NCBI GenBank assembly: GCA_038496445.1
Contig: JALMLS010000578.1
Location: 248,001-312,000 of the forward strand
Reading direction: 5' to 3'
From: Trichosphaerium sp. ATCC 40318
Lineage: Eukaryota; Protista; Tubulinea
Length of the DNA stretch: 64,000 nt
The notes beneath the pieces are model-generated. The model had not been told where the DNA came from and searched no databases. It saw only the letters and a list, made by a program, of their open reading frames with translations. Every line of letters starts with the position of its first letter. Position 1 is the first letter of the stretch. Position numbers and translations under genes: made by a program. Positions 29,561 through 43,257 of the stretch are shown in pieces.

Positions 29561-30384
29561 AATTCTTAACAAGAAGAATACATTTTAGAGGGGATCATCA
29601 AATCGTTAACGATGGATGGCCGTCCTGATAATAGGGTAATCCAAAAATACTTTTAAACAACAAATGTTATCCAAGAAATAAATTGTGGGAGATATACATT
29701 TGTCTAAAACCCTTGTAATCAATAACACAATGCCATATACGCGTTTTGGGGAATTCGAGTTGGTGCAACAAGCGAACAAACCCGCAGGTACTACTCTAAC
29801 ACTACATAGAGCCGATTCGGGCTCTTGAGCAAAAAATATCCAACACAAACAGTTGCAAGAACCTTCTAACGCTCAAACATGACGTAACTACATGGTGATA
29901 AGCGATATTGAGATAACTATTACCTATGAAGCGAGTTGGCGCAATATAAGCGAAAAGTGGTTAACCTATCGTAAACCTGCTAATAAGGTTAATAACGTAT
30001 TAATTGCGCGTAGAAATAGCTACTGAGCGAACAGCCCAGCTTTTAAACCTGTTAGTTAATAAAACCGCAGATCACGTTTTTTAAACCGAAACGTCACCGA
30101 AACACTGAAAACAGTCATAAATACAATATCACGTCTCTGTTTATAGCGCTGAAGTGGTTTTGAGCATTTACAAAGTAAAGTAGCTACAACCAATTGTTTT
30201 TGAACCAAAACTTGCAACGAAGCCCAACTTATTTACTTAGTGCCATTTTAAACTGTTTTGCTTGCAGTGTCAACCCTAGTATCTCATGGTGGAATGAAAC
30301 CGAAAAAAGGGTGATTGAGGTCTAACAATACCTTCGGTGTGGACTAGAAATGCATATTGTAGCACACACCACCTGACACGTTTT

Positions 30385-30464
30385 CGTGCTCTACCACTGA
30401 GCTACAAGAGAAAGAAATTCCTCCTCTGGCGGGATTCGAACCCGCGACCGTCGGCTCTTGAGGC
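30385..30464 (-). tRNA. tRNA-like locus with the 3' half (30464-30421) upstream of the 5' half (30411-30385); permuted, split or pseudo-tRNA
   Basis: Minus strand: GC-CTCAAGA-GCCGA-CGGTC-GCGGG-TTCGAAT-CCCGC-CAGAGGA-G, then a 9-nt spacer, then TCTCTTG-TA-GCTC-AGTGGTA-GAGC-ACG. T arm and D arm are perfect; acceptor and anticodon stems are imperfect when the halves are joined. Confidence 0.45.
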
Positions 30465-30948
30465 TTAGCATCAGAATATACTGTCTGTGAACATTGGAGC
30501 ACCCTGACTACAATCCCAATCGCTTTCTTTTTAAAACGCAAACACGGGAATAAGTTGTTGTTTCAAGTTATGCTTTTGACAAAAAAAAGTTTTCAAGTTA
30601 CAAGATCAAAACCAGAATCCCTTTCCTGTGTTGTGCTGTGCTATTGTACAGTCAAATTTATGCTATTTACCTTGAATTTACAAGTCCTGTAAAACTAGCT
30701 TGCTTATCAATAGTTATCAAATACAATCATGTACTTGCAATGCAAAAGAGTGTTTATATACAGTTGCAAGATATACTGGACTTTAACGACTATTAAGAAT
30801 TGCATACAAGTATTGTGTAATACATTGAATTGCTTTAATTAAAAGCCTTTTATGGATGTTACCACCACGTGCCAATTGACTTTTGTTTTGAAGAAAAGTC
30901 AATAGTTTTCCCGAAATAATACTCACGTGTGAAAAGTACGCAGTCGCC

Positions 30949-32058
30949 ATGGATCGTACAGAAAGTAATAAAAACCATCTTAAGTTAGCGTCTGATACAT
31001 CAAGGCAATTAATTGTTGTGATCTAAAATAACAGCTGTAGTGGTCAACCAACGTTATTGGACATGCCCAATGAGATTCTGGCAACAATTTTGACTCTTAC
31101 AACAAAAGATCGATTTGCGGCTTGTCAAACGTGTAGTGTCCTCTCTTCTATCATTCGTGACATTGTTGGGTACCATAGTATAACTATAAAAACAAAAGAA
31201 CAAGCGAAAGAAGTTGTAAAACATAAAGGAATCATTAGAAACACAAAAATCAAGTTCTTGGCTGAAAGGTATGGGTTTCCCTCAACAAAGGTTCTGGCAC
31301 TCTTCGCCGGAGTTCATACAATTTGCCTAAGTCAGTGCTACAATGTGACAGTTGAAGGAGTAAAAGCACTTGCAGGTGTACATACAATCTATCTTGGGAA
31401 TGGAAAGGTCACAGATGAAGCAGTGAAATCACTTGCTGGCGTTCACACAATTGGTCTTTTAAGCAATTGGTCTCTTACAGATGAAGGAGTGAAGGCGCTT
31501 GCGGGTGTTCATACCATTGACCTTTCATGTACTCGAGTAACAGATGAAGGAATAAAAGCACTCAAAGGTGTTCATTCTATTAACCTTTATCTCACTGATG
31601 TGACAGATAAAGCAATGAAAAGTCTTGCAGGTGTGCACACCATTAACATCTGCGGTTGTATGAAAATTACTGTCGCGGGAATCAAAGCGCTCAAAGATGT
31701 CCATGATATTAGGCTCAGCTATCCAAAAAATAACTCTTGGCTTGAACACCTTTGCAACATACACTCTGTCACTATTCATTATGCGAAAAGCTTAACAAGT
31801 GATGCAATCAAAGCACTATACAATGTCAAACGCCTTGAGCTTTTCATTTACCCTCAACTAACAGACTTGAGCTTTGAGACATTGGTCAACCTTGAGCATC
31901 TCAGATTGGGTGGATGTATCAAGGTTACAAATGGTTGTTTGAAAAACTTAAAATCTCTAAAACGTTTCGCATATTTGGGAAGGACTGGAATCACAAAAGA
32001 GGCTGTTGAGTCAATGGGTATCAAATATGTAGTAAATAAACCACATAGTCCTGTTTAG
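30949..32058 (+). CDS. F-box protein with LAGVHTI-type leucine-rich repeats
   Basis: LLDMPNEILATIL F-box and ~24-aa repeats ALAGVHTIDLSCTRVTDEG. The short first exon (ATG 30949) is joined by one phase-2 intron. Confidence 0.88.
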
Positions 32059-33482
32059 CAGCTTGTTTGTAGTACAGTAGATGTTAACAAAAGGGGACGG
32101 AAACAACTTTTAAGTAAGCCAAACAAAGAGCCGGCAAGTGATCTTTTCTGGGTATGCTGTTTCTAGGAATCCTTTGCTTATGATGTGTTTTATGTCTAAA
32201 AAATGTGACCAGTTTTCAAAGGCTAAAATTTTTCATAAAAACATGTAAAACTAAACGGACGCAACAGTTTTGAGTCAACAACATTCTCTGTTTTATGCAC
32301 GAGCATAAGTCAACAAATTCTCTGTGACGAGCATAAGCCCTAATAACACTTATATGGTACCTTTTCATGCGTTCTCTGCGCCTTATACTTCATGAGGCTG
32401 TTATAAAGGGAAAAAAATGCATCTTTCATGTGTACGGTGCACTAGCAGCTACTCCACGCTAATGGAAGCGCACTATTCAAGCAGAAAAACTGGGATAATA
32501 ACGTGAAAACCTCCCCATAACACTTTCAACACTGCTATAGGCTTTGTGAACAGGCAGGTGTCAATTTGTAGGTAAAAAACAATTTCAGTCTCGGTTAAAT
32601 CACGTGGGCTTGGATTCGCAAAAAAATACCGGTGGCAGTAAGTGCAGCACATTTAAAATAGGAGATGGTAAGCTCTGTCAGAAGTCTCATCCGTTAGTCT
32701 AACAGATCAGGCAGAACTGGATTTTTTTTGTTAAACAGTCTGGCTTAAAACTTAAAAGAATGAGACGGACAATATCTTAGCACGTGATAAATTTATTTTT
32801 CTTTGGTTTGGAATGCCTTTTTCGAATTTTTGTACTTTTAGAAAATATGCCGTTTGCTAGCGTAATAGATAATTAAACAACGTTTAGTGACGCCTAAAAG
32901 GAATTGTGGCAATGACGCCACAAAGCCTGTGTTTTTCAACTAAATATTTCTCGAATCACACATTCTCTCGAGATAGTGTATTTCTACCCGAAATCTCGAC
33001 CCCCTCTAGGTCTTTCAATAGCATTGATTGTTGTATACGTCCTGTAATCTCCATCTTAGAAGAAATAGTAATAGAGAAAGTCATCAATGCTGATGTTAAT
33101 GTCATGCGGCTACTGTATGTTGTTTATACACATATATCATACGAGGAGGTTTGCTAATATTGTGTTTGGTATTGTGTTTATGGAAAGTTGTATTTTTCCT
33201 GGAGCTGAAAATATTAATATAGTAAACATTGTTAGCTCGCAAAAGTGTTACAAACAGGGGAAAGTAGAGTGAATAAAGTTCAGATTTTTTCAATGAATAT
33301 CAAAGTGCTTTTTAGTGTTTTGGTAGCTGAGCTCTTTGTACAAACAAAGAGTCTCACTTGCTTGATTAAATATGCATGTGAGCAGATTAACTTCAACAAA
33401 ACTACGTGTGTGGTGATCACGTTTTCTCACTCACGCATCACGATACATAAATTAGTCAAAAACATAACGAGGATTAAAGCAA

Positions 33483-35313
33483 ATGAATTCTCATACCTTA
33501 CCTGTATTCTTACTATTCTCCCTGGTGTTGATGATTGTTACGATAAATGGAAACACATTGAATTTACCAAAGAGAGGCATGCCTTTGCCTACAAGAGTTG
33601 AAGTGGATGTTGGATGCTTAGGTACAGAGAAGCAGAAGTGTTGATCGCTCTGTTGATGTTTTCTAACCCTGAATAGATATCTACAAGCCTTTCCGTATTG
33701 CTGAACTTATACCAGAGTTAAACGCAGCTACAAGCGATAGTGAAGAACCAGCGATGGCTTCTGGAGTGATAAATGGAGTGGTAAGTACTAAGATATTGCG
33801 CTTTATTTATTCATTGGTGATTTAGGAGTATTTCGTACTTACTTTTGAGTATGAGGATTCAGCGACTACAAATGGAGTTGAAGACTTGGTTATTGTTGTC
33901 TTCACGAAAGAAGGTATGTGAGGAAAACGAGATCAACGGGAAAAAAATGAGACGTCATACTGACTTTGAGCCAAGCACTTTCGAAGGGTGAACTTTACTA
34001 CTTTGTGATACAGAATCGTAACGATGCGGATATAACATTTGGAAACAATGAGTTTGCCATCGTCGCTTCAACTGATGATGACAGATCACAACCATTTGTC
34101 TTTGCATTCTTTCTTGTTGAAGATACAATGAATGGTGTACGGAACATTAATTAACACATGTATTTGCTTATGGTAAACAAAGGGTCTCATGTTGGAACAG
34201 GAGCTTACTATTCATTCCATTCGTAGGAGAGGGCTACTATTTAGACCAAAGATAGCTTACAACCCAGGTACGAGAATTTTTTTACTTACTTTTTTTTCGA
34301 AGAAAGTAGTGCTCTGACTGTTGTTTCTTCTAGTTGATAATAAATACTTGGTTACTCACGCATCGTTGGGGCGTAATGTATATTCTATCATTGATTCCAC
34401 AAAGTCACTTGTTGTAAGTAATGCCGATATCCGTAAGTACACTGTTTGTCAAACGTATGTTAACAATACTATAGCAATGAGAAGTTTGCATTATGATGTT
34501 GTATATGGCGGACAAGCTTGTAACTGCTTTGTCATTATTTTTTCCGGATACGAGGAGTTGTTATATTGGATAGTAGATGAAAACAATCTACCCATTGTAC
34601 GTACTAGATACACAATTTAACAACAACTGATTGTTTCCTTTTAAGGGTACTGATCTTATTGTTGAACCAACTTTACACGAGTCAATGGATATCAGAGCAA
34701 CCTACCACCCAAATACACAATTTATTGGTATCATGTCATACGGAATTACTTACAGTGGACCAGAGCCTGAAGCAACTAGAACACGTGATACCTCTGAGTT
34801 TTTTCTTCGTCAAGTTGATGCAATGTTTACTGTAAACAGTATTGATAGTGTACAAACTCTTGTTCAAGAACTAGATTCTTCTGATATCGCTATTGGTATG
34901 GAAGCGATAGCTGCTAATAATGTGAGAGGCATATTCTTAGGGGTAACTGTTGATGATGATAGTACAAAGGGGCTATTGTACATCACACAATATCATACTG
35001 GATTTAAATCTTTTAAAGTCAGAGCACTAAGTTTAGAAGGTTAGTCTAGACTTGTATTCATAAGTTCAACACGCTTACTGTATATTATAGACAACGATCC
35101 TGAACAACCAGCAATCGCATATGGCACTATGAGTGGTACAACTGTTGTAAGTTGGTTAATACGTAATTTTGTTCTATATTCATGTTCTTGTAGATTGCTG
35201 TTCAGACTGCTAGGCTACCTACAGATGATAACAGTGTTTGGATATATTTTTTGGGAGATTCAATTCAAAGTGTATTCTATCCACAAAACGGGCAATGTGG
35301 AAGACGACTGTAA
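33483..35313 (+). CDS. Secreted protein family B, copy B1 (beta-rich; ends QCGRRL*)
   Basis: MNSHTLPVFLLFSLVLMIVTING-NTLNLPKR-GMPLPTRVEVDVGCL|..., multi-exon; last exon IAVQTARLPTDDNSVWIYFLGDSIQSVFYPQNGQCGRRL*. Paralogous to 35749-37087 and 45692-47511. Confidence 0.8.
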
Positions 35314-35748
35314 ACAATCCGTATTTGTAATAAAAGAACAAAATAAAAAACTACTAAAGGATATGTATTGATTAGTTTAAATATAATGTAAGATTATCAC
35401 GTGATTTTTACTTTGAAGAGCAAACCTTTCTTAAGAGTGTTACAAACAAGGAAAACTAGAGCGAATAAGTTTCGATTTCAACGAATATCAAAGTGCTTAT
35501 TTGTGTTTGGTAGCTGTACACGATCGATATTGTTTAAATCTTTCGTGGGTAGATTACGTTATAAACTTTATGTGGTACTCCAAACTGTTGTTAAATTAGT
35601 TGTAATTATACTAGTACAGCCATATTGAAGCCATAAAGCGTGTTTTTAGGACCCGGTGTTACTGACATTTGTATCACATTTTTCGCACAACTCAAGTTCC
35701 GAAAGCCCTTGATCGTAAATTAGTCAAAACATGCGAGGATTGAAGCAA

Positions 35749-37087
35749 ATGAATTCTCATACATTACCTGTATTCTTACTATTCTCCTTGGTGTTGATGA
35801 TTGTTAAAACAAACGCCATGCCATTGCCTACAAGAGTTGAAGTGGATGTTGGATGCTTAGGTACAAAGAATCAAATATATTGCTCATTCTTTTGATGTTT
35901 TCTAACTGAATAGATATCTACAAGCCTTTCCGCATTGCTGAACTTATACCAGAGTTAAACTCAGCTACAAGCGGTAGTGAAGAACCAGCGATGGCTTCTG
36001 GAGTGATAAATGGAGTGGTAAGTACTAAGTTACCATGTTTCTTGTTCATTGATTTAGGAGTATTTCGTGCTTGCTTTTGAGTATGAAGATTCAGCGACTA
36101 CAAATGGAATTGAAGACTTGATTATTGTTGTATTCACAAAAGAAGGTATGTGACAAACGCATTTGTTAAAGTTATGCTGACTTTGAGCCTAGCTCTTTCA
36201 TTCAAAGGGCGAACTTTACTACTTTGTGATACAGAATCGTAACGATGCGGATATAACATTTGGAAACAATGAGTTTGCCATCGCTGCTTCAAATGATGAT
36301 GACGTATCTCAAGTTTTTGTGTACTTTCTCGTTGAAGATACAATGAATGGTGTACGTGAACATTATTTCAAACACGTGTTTGCATGCGTTTAGCTTATTG
36401 TAAACAAAGGGTCTCATGTTGGAACGGGAGATGTTAGTACTGATCTTATTGTTGAACCAACTTTACACAATTCAAAGGATATCAGAGCAACCTACCACCC
36501 AAATACACAATTTATTGGTATTATGTCATACGGAGATACTTACAGTGGACCAGAGCCTGATGCAACCAGAACACGTGATACCTCTGAGTTTTTTCTTCGT
36601 CAAATTGATGCGATGTTCACTGTAAACAGTATTGATAGTGTACAAACTCTTGTTCAAGAACTAGATTCTTCTGATATTGCTATTGGTATGGAAGCAATAC
36701 CTGATACAAGAGGCATATTCTTAGGGGTAACTGTTGATGATGATCGTAGAAAGAGGCTATTGTACATCACACAATATCAATCTGACAATCAATCCTTTAA
36801 AGTCAGAGCACTAAGTTTAGAAGGTTAGTCTAGACTTGTATTCATCAGTTCAACACGCTTACTGTATATTATAGACAATGGTCCTGAACAACCAGCAATC
36901 GCATATGGCACTATGAGTGGTACAACTGTTGTAAGTTGGTTAATACATAATTTTGTTCTTATTCAGTTTATTGTAGATTGCTGTTCAGACTGATAGGCGA
37001 CGTACACATGTTTGGATATATTTTTTGGGAGATTCAATACAAAGTGTATTCTATCCACAAAATGGGCAATGTGGAAGGCGACTTTAA
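35749..37087 (+). pseudogene. Family B copy B2 with an internal frameshifting deletion
   Basis: Near-identical to B1 but lacks the equivalent of ~34205-34645. The junction at ~36435 puts TDLIVEP out of frame (ORF stops at 36625). The tail QCGRRL* is retained. Confidence 0.7.
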
Positions 37088-37452
37088 ACAATCCGTGTCT
37101 GTAATAAAGAACCAAATAAACAACTTTAGTATGTAGCCAACCAGGTGTTATAAAAAAACGTGTCAAACCCACGGCACGTAAAAATCAATAAAAAATTGCC
37201 TCCAACATGCCTTATTGCGGTTAAGTGAATGTTCTGCTTTTAATTTTTAGCACTGGCGTAAAGCGTATTTGGATTAAGAGTTTGTCTTGCTAGAATACAA
37301 TGTAAGACCTCCAAGTGATTTTACTTTGATATACGCACAACTTCTTGTACGGTCCTAAAAACCCAATCACGTGACTCTAGCTATACCAACACGTTTTTCT
37401 AAATAATATTTTAGGACGAATCTGTCAAAAAGTAAGGCTTAGAGTAGTAACG

Positions 37453-39915
37453 ATGGGAAACGCACATACGTTTGTGTGCAGAGATGAAACTATATATATT
37501 GGCAACGATAAGTTCAATGGAAAAGGAGAGATTACGTATGCTAATGGAGATAAATATTGTGGGCAATTTAAGGATGGAGAACGCTATGGTTTTGGAGAGC
37601 TCACTTACGCTGATGGGAAAAAATACGTGGGCTATTTTATGTACAATAAACGTGATGGTAAAGGGGAGCTAACATGGTCAAATGGTAAAAAATATATTGG
37701 CAAGTTTATAAATAACAAACGTACTGGTAAAGGAGAGATCACGTGGCCTAAAGGAGATACGTATGTTGGCGATTTTAAAGACAATAAATTTAATGGCAAG
37801 GGAGAGTTTAAATGGGCCAAGGGAGATAGATACGTCGGTGAATTTAAAGACAATAAATTCGATGGTATGGGAGAGTTTACGTATGTAGATGGTAGAAAAT
37901 ATACTGGTGAGTATAAAGATAATAAACGAAATGGAAATGGAGAGTTTATTTATTCGAATGGAAACAAGTACACAGGTGAGTTTAGAGAAGGCAAAAGAAA
38001 TGGCAAAGGAGAGCTCACGTGGAAGAATGGGAATAGGTATATTGGTGAATTTATAGATGACAAACGTACTGGTAAGGGAGAGCTTACCTTAATCGATGGA
38101 AATAAATATATCGGTCATTTTAAAGATGGTAAACTAAATGGTAAAGGAGAGTTCTTCTTTGGAAATGGAGACAAGTATTCTGGAGAATTTAAAGCCGATA
38201 AACTTAATGGTATAGGAGAGTACCAATGGGCTGATGGAAGGAATTATAGCGGTGAATTTAAACAAGGCAAGCGTACTGGTAAAGGCAAGTATACCTTGAA
38301 AAATGGAGATCAATATGTAGGTGAGTTTAAAGACAATGAGTTCAATGGCAAAGGCGAGTTTACATGTAAAGATGGAAAGAAGTTTGCTGGTGAATTTAAG
38401 GATGATAAGTTCATCAAAGGAGAGATTACGTACGGAAATGGGGATAGGTGTATTGGACAATTTAAGGACAACAAGTGTAACGGAATAGGAGAGTTTATTT
38501 TTGCAGATGGGAAAAAATATATTGGTGTATTTAAGGACAATGAATTCAACGGCACAGGAAAGATTACATGGACGAATGGAGATCGATATGTTGGTGAATT
38601 TAAAGATAATAAATTCAACGGTAAGGGAGAGTTCATTTATGAAAACAGGAGTATACATTCAGGTGAATATGAAGATGATAAACAAAATGGATATGGAGAG
38701 TTTATATATTCAAATGGAACAAGATATACTGGTCAGTTTAAAGACAACAAGTTTAATGGTTCTGGGTGTATGTGGTTAATTGATGGTACCATATTGAGCG
38801 GTACATGGGTAAACGGGGATATAGTTGGAAGTGGTACAATAAGTTTTATTGGAGCTAAGGATATTGAAGCAATATACTTGCTCCAACGAAAAAAGTTGGT
38901 TACTTTTCTCAATGAATATGAAGTAACATATAACCCCTTTACACTCTCAAGTGTCCTCAGAAAGGACTCTATCCAACCCTTGTCCTGGACATATAAGCAA
39001 GTGTTGTTTATACTATTCAAGATTGAACCAAAGCTTGTTCCTATATTAAGAAAACAACAATTGAGGTATGTTTTTTTTGCAAAAGTGTGGACTTTTATGT
39101 TTTGTATAGAGGTAAAGATTTTTTGGAGCTAGACAAAACAACACTTCTATTGCTTGATGTACCGTTGGGCCATGCAAACAAAGTTCTTGATTTTATCGAG
39201 AACTTGAAAAAAGGTACAAAGAGGAAACAAAATCAGCGACAAAACTCTCACATGAATTTAGAAACTATGAGTTCAAAGTTGAAAGCATACTCAAAAGACA
39301 ATTTGTTGACCAAAGCCTGTTTTGATCCTAATTACAAATACACGAAGTTTGGATCTGAGCCTGAACATTTAGATATTATTAAAAACACCATTGATACTAT
39401 TAAAAACTGTCATCAAGATGATCAAGTACGAAAATGAATTATAAAACTTAACAGCTGACTAAGAACCCATTTGTAGATGGATGCGTCAGATAACTCAAAT
39501 GATACCAATCTAGGCAATACAAGCGATGCATCTCACATGCCTGAAAGTGCAGATGATTTGATTTCAAAGAACTCTTGGAATGATAAATCCAATGATTCTG
39601 TTGTCACCAAAGTACTACCAGATTTACCGTTATTATGAGTATTTTAACCTACTGTATTAGCCAAGCTTGAATTATAGTTATAATAATGAATCAATCACTC
39701 CTTTAACTACAAGTGAAGAGGTAATACACAATTGGGGGTTGTTACTAATAAGCTTGGGAATTGCAAATGAGCGAGCTTCAGAGCTTGGATCATTGATGAA
39801 TGAAGCAGGTGTACAACTAGATGAAATAGATCAAAGTTTGCTAAAAGAACTTGGTCTCAATGCCATTGAACGTGTCAAAGTAATCAGAGCAAAGAAAAGA
39901 AACCAAAGTTGGTAA
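37453..39915 (+). CDS. MORN-repeat protein with C-terminal SAM-like domains
   Basis: About 19 repeats of Y.GEFKD.K..G.GE.T..NG in one long exon. Spliced C-terminus WTYKQV...RGKDFLELDKTTLLLLDVPLGHANKV and LLKELGLNAIERVKV. Confidence 0.88.
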
Positions 39916-40129
39916 TAATCAATAAACTACTATTTCAGCACTTGTACAAAAAAGGCATTGGGAATAAGGTAACACCAATTCTTTCAGGCTTTATTTCTTG
40001 ATGTGACAACCAAAGTAAAAACGTATCTTTTATTAACATTGAGCTTTATAAAATTAATTGCCATTCATTCTCATATCATAATTACAGTATGTACTGTAAA
40101 TCTGCACAGAAGTAATTGAATCATAATTT

Positions 40130-42132
40130 TTATGGTACAAGTGACAATCGTCGTACACAACATTGTCTATCGACAAACACTGGTGCTATTGGTGGGGAGT
40201 TGTAGGTGGAGGTGGAGGATCGAAATTAAATGCAGCTATGCCCAAACTTGTTGGAGCATTAGTGGCAAAGGTGGTTACAGCATCAGTATTTACATTAATC
40301 GATAAATGCCTCCCATCTAGACAATTAACAATTAAAGTGTTTGTCGATATTGATGTCATACCTACAACAGAAAAATTGTGAGATGCACACAAGGATATAT
40401 AAAGAACTTACCACCAATGAAACAAAAAGTAGGCTCTGTAATTCTTATTGTGTGTTGTACAGCACAAGATCCAGATAGAAAATTAGGAATAACTTCAATA
40501 GAACACCATCAACAATTGCTCCTATTATTTTTATGTAAGCGTGATAACAAAACATTTCTGGATTTTGTTTTAAACACGTGCCACGATTATTCTGTTGGAC
40601 ATCCGTTCTTTGATCGCTGCAAGCAATAGTAAACTTACAATTTTGTAAATCTACTTCATAAACAATCAATTCTGAACCCTCTGCGAATATTCTTCCACTG
40701 TCTTTATCTATCATCAATGCAATTATTCTAATACTGGTAATACATGTTTTATCCTTGACAAAAAACGTAAGTTGCAAACACAGTGTGTAAAATATAAAGT
40801 ATGGTGTAAAAGAACGTAAGTTGCTGTTGTGTATGTAAATAAAAGATATCGTACAATTTGACATGTGTAAGGATCAATTGAGAATAGCTCTTGGTTCGCG
40901 TTTACATACAATACTTTATCAAGTACAGCACTGTACTCCAAAGCGACAGGTTGAGTACCCAATTGTAGATTATCACATGCTATAAGCAGTGATTAGTGAC
41001 GATTTAGTTAAAATGTACTCGTACATGCTATGACAGTATTTGTGTCTGAAAGTAGCCTATAATCAAATCCTGGTATTCCAGCTTTTCCTGTAATTAAAGC
41101 ATCAATCACACCTCCTTGAGGTGCTATTGTAGGAGGAGGTGTAGGCATCACAGGTGCAACAGGAGGCATTGTTGTATCTACTGGAGGATCCAATGGTCCT
41201 TCAAAAAATAGAGAAGCAATTCCATCTGATTGTGGTAATGTTGTTGTTAACACAGATATTGTTGAGGTTCCAATATCCAAAGAAAAATACCCCTCAAATA
41301 AAGGGCGGCTATCAACATATCCAATAATTTGATTATCTGAGACTGCTGTAATATCTAGGAACAATTAATTAAAGGTAATTTAGAGTATCAAAAAAAAGAT
41401 GTACCTGCAGTTACGTCCCGCATATTAGCAGCATATTCCACTGTTTGAGAAGCAACACAAGACATAGGACCTGTTAAAGGAGCTATAGCCATTCTATCTA
41501 ATCCGACAGTGTATAATGTATCTCCATTATCTCAACTATAACATCTTTGTAAGCAAATACAACATGTCTTCCCGTTGCCAGATGAAAAAAAAAACGTACG
41601 CCCATATGCGGGGCCAATATTTATTACGTCAACTCTACAGAAATGACAAAACGAGCAATCAGTTGGATCAATCTGTGCAACAAACCCCAATACGGAGAGT
41701 CCATATAGTATTTGTGTGGCCTTGTCAACAGCAATTGCGTCAAATTCTTTACTCAACTCACATGTATTCTAAACACGATTACTTGAGTAATTTAACATAT
41801 AGGTACATGCCTGTACTACACATGTTCGTGGATCTGCCCGAAACAAGGTGCCATCTGTCATTACAAATAGTGTTCCTGTAGCAGGTAGATAGGACATTGA
41901 AATAATAGCTTCAGTACTGAATGGGTCACTACAGCCTAAACAAAAACGCTTAGTGTTAAACAAATAGATAGTATTCATCTTGTATGAAACTATGAAGAAC
42001 AACTGATGGTGTGGTAATTGATCTTATTTCTATACCTGATGGACCGTCAACTGCATATGCATTGTTAGCTTGTGAAAGCGTATACGATAATAAAGTAGTA
42101 AGAACAAGAAACAAGAGAGGTGTTGCGCTCAT
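40130..42132 (-). CDS. Secreted protein family A, copy A1 (Cys-containing, propeller-like; 1-nt frameshift near the 3' end)
   Basis: Signal peptide MSATPLLFLVLTTLLSYTLS; paralogous to A2 and A3. A G4 run at ~40194 (G5 in A3) shifts the frame; the restored tail is PIAPVFVDRQCCVRRLSLVP*. Confidence 0.7.
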
Positions 42133-42527
42133 TGTGTGGTTGTTTACTAAAAGTTATCATTCTTTAACTGCTACCTCTAAAAATCACGTTGAGTGTTTGT
42201 AGTACTCGAGATTTCGCTATAAACCAAACGACAGTGTCTTTATAGAACGGCTTAAAATAGAAATCACTAAAAATCACGTGACATTTTCGTGTTTGAAATA
42301 CTTTCTTAGCGTTTAAAGAATAAGCATCTCGCTACTTTATTATTTATAGGAGTAAACTGGATCTCACCTGTAAGATCCCTATTCCTTTTAATGTTAAGAT
42401 GTGTTGTGTAGGGTTTTACTTCAGCGAGTGTTAATACTTTGATGTAGCGGTTAAAACATACCAACTATGCCCGCTGTAAAAGCTTGTATGTTGTAATAAA
42501 TGAATGTTTGATACAATTTTCATTGGT

Positions 42528-42710
42528 TTAAAGTCGTCGTCCACATTGTCCTGGTTTTGAGCTAATGACTCTTTGAATTGAGTTTTCCATCATAAACAAT
42601 AAAATAGAGTCCTCACTTGTATTGTCATTGTCCCTTTCAACCTCAACTGCAACCTAAACAATGATGGTGAATACAGAATAAAAACGCTCTCAATATCAAG
42701 GCTATTTGAA
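42528..42710 (-). pseudogene. Family B 3'-terminal remnant (last exon, ends PGQCGRRL*)
   Basis: Nearly identical to 45692-45850, then jumps to sequence matching ~46214-46236. Confidence 0.8.
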
Positions 42711-42898
42711 AACAAACATCCTTAACGCAGGCTGACTGATACAGCTTTTCAATGCGTAAGAATTAGCCAAGGAGGTATTGCTTGCTCTGTTTTAAACTTG
42801 TAGTGTACTTTTCTTGATAATGAGGAACGCTAAGAACTTCGATAACTTTATAGCAACGAAAACCCTGAGAATCGCATTACCTCAAACATATTTTAAAA

Positions 42899-43030
42899 AT
42901 GACTGCAAAAAAAAAAGAGGTTACCTATACGAATGGAAATGGATATGTTGGTGAATTTAAGGATGACAAACGTAATGGCAAAGGAGAATACACATTGGCC
43001 AATGGAAATAGATATGTTGGCGAATATTGT
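42899..43030 (+). pseudogene. MORN-repeat remnant
   Basis: EVTYTNGNGYVGEFKDDKRNGKGEYTLANGNRYVGEY, about 1.5 repeats, then unrelated sequence. Confidence 0.75.
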
Positions 43031-43257
43031 GTTTCGCTGTGCAATAATTATGGATGTAACACTGGGATTGGGATGCTAGTTGCTCAACAGATTAATACAT
43101 GGTATAGCGTATATATGATCTTAAATTGGAAGAAGAATGCATTTTAAGTAAGCTTGGTAATGACTAATTAAACTAAATCGCTAAGTGAGAAATTGGCCTT
43201 TTTTTTTTTGGCAGCTTTTATTGGATAACGATGTAGTACTTTGATGGACTCATAATT

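Noticed and set aside
37632-39020. Long minus-strand ORFs (NSPLPLNLLSL repeats)
   Set aside because: Antisense shadows of the MORN repeats.
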